This document shows, in pieces, positions 63,053 to 64,000 of a stretch of 64,000 nt of DNA. Position numbers and translations under genes: made by a program. The notes under the pieces were generated by a model. The model made no database searches. It was not told the origin of the DNA and was given only the letters and a program-made list of their open reading frames with translations. The stretch is taken from the IMG/VR virus record IMGVR_UViG_2778261510_000005; one strand, 5' to 3'. Source of the stretch: a virus (Duplodnaviria; Heunggongvirae; Uroviricota; Caudoviricetes). Each line of letters begins with the position of its first letter. Position 1 is the stretch's first letter.

Positions 63053-64000
63053 ATGAATGACGTTACAGTTGTCACATCGGTTACTTACCCATCACCCGAG
63101 TCGTTGGCTCTGGTGGCTGATGTGCAATACCACGAACCATATCTGTCAGCCGCGCTAAACCGAAAATTCAGGGGGATTGTTGACCCGGGATTTTATGCCG
63201 GTTTCTTACCTAAGCCTGGCGGTGGGATGAACCTGTTAATCACCTCAGTGGATGGTGATAAAACCGCAGGCGCGGCGTCGGTGGATATTGGTGAATTCTA
63301 CCAGGTAACTATTCAGCAACGTAAGGATATTTCTCTTGCACTTAGTGCAGGCAAGAAATATGCAATTGTGCTGAAGGGAAGATACCTCCTTGGAGAAGAT
63401 ACCTATCAGGTGAATACCGCGTCACATATTCATGCGGCTGAATTTGTTGCCAGAACCTATACCGATTCATATCAGTTAGGAGATGGGGAGCTGCTTGTTT
63501 GTACGGTGAATATCCCTGCTGGTGTATCTGCCATTACCCAAGAGATGATTGATACATCCGAGCGTATCAACCGCACGATCGGCATTGATATTTCAGACTC
63601 TGTAACCAGTAGCAGAAGTGATGTTGCTGCAAGTTCGCTGGCAGTTAAAAAAGCTTACGATCTGGCGAAAAGTAAGTATACGGCGCAGGATGCAAGCACA
63701 ACGCAAAAGGGATTAGTTCAGCTCAGTAGCGAAACTAACAGCGACAGCGAAACAATGGCGGCTACCCCTAAAGCCGTTAAGTCTGTAAAAGATCTTGCTG
63801 ATACCAAAGCGCCAATAGAAAGCCCGAGTCTGACAGGAACGCCAACCGCGCCGACGGCAGCGCAAGGTACAAATAGCACGCAGATCGCAAATACAGCCTT
63901 TGTTAAGGCAGCTATAACGGCACTTATCAACGGTGCACCTGGCACACTGGATACGCTTAAAGAAATAGCTGCTGCGATCAATAACGACCCGAATTTCAGC
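63053..64000 (+). CDS. Tail fibre protein, N-terminal part (partial, runs off the window)
   Basis: Open frame from ATG 63053 to the window end; contains the conserved tail-fibre N-terminal region (GLVQLSSETNSDSETMAATPKAVK...NSTQIANTAFV...GAPGTLDTLKEIAAAINNDPNF). Confidence 0.75.
   Translation, partial: MNDVTVVTSVTYPSPESLALVADVQYHEPYLSAALNRKFRGIVDPGFYAGFLPKPGGGMNLLITSVDGDKTAGAASVDIGEFYQVTIQQRKDISLALSAGKKYAIVLKGRYLLGEDTYQVNTASHIHAAEFVARTYTDSYQLGDGELLVCTVNIPAGVSAITQEMIDTSERINRTIGIDISDSVTSSRSDVAASSLAVKKAYDLAKSKYTAQDASTTQKGLVQLSSETNSDSETMAATPKAVKSVKDLADTKAPIESPSLTGTPTAPTAAQGTNSTQIANTAFVKAAITALINGAPGTLDTLKEIAAAINNDPNFS

Overview
This 64-kb window reads as a contiguous segment of a P1-family temperate phage-plasmid, judged by eye against remembered P1 proteins and sites with no searches run. 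P1 hallmarks visible directly: Cre (343 aa) with a canonical 34-bp loxP, coi-c1 immunity genes, about a dozen 17-bp C1 operators (ATTGCTCTAATAAATTT), pacA/pacB with TGATCA hexamer clusters, phd-doc, ban with tRNA-Ile/Thr/Asn, dmt, hrdC, the oriR-repA-incA-parA-parB plasmid replicon, repL-kilA, a c4/icd/ant cassette, and head, sheath, sit, baseplate and tail-fibre genes. Gene order differs from canonical P1 as I remember it. Accessory cargo includes a type IC hsdMSR restriction-modification system with a TAEL x3 repeat in HsdS, and a second icd/ant antirepressor cassette beside c1 in direct repeat with the one next to kilA. The best candidate for an undescribed system is an AT-rich island at 47.7-49.5 kb: a terminator-bracketed moron plus a convergent two-gene operon of unknown function. 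Other leads are a 28-codon hydrophobic peptide with a converging terminator, a low-GC lipoprotein pair, an SPFH cassette in the ban/tRNA operon and an overlapping spanin-like pair. Coordinates of RNA ends and regulatory sites are approximate; GC content was eyeballed, not computed.
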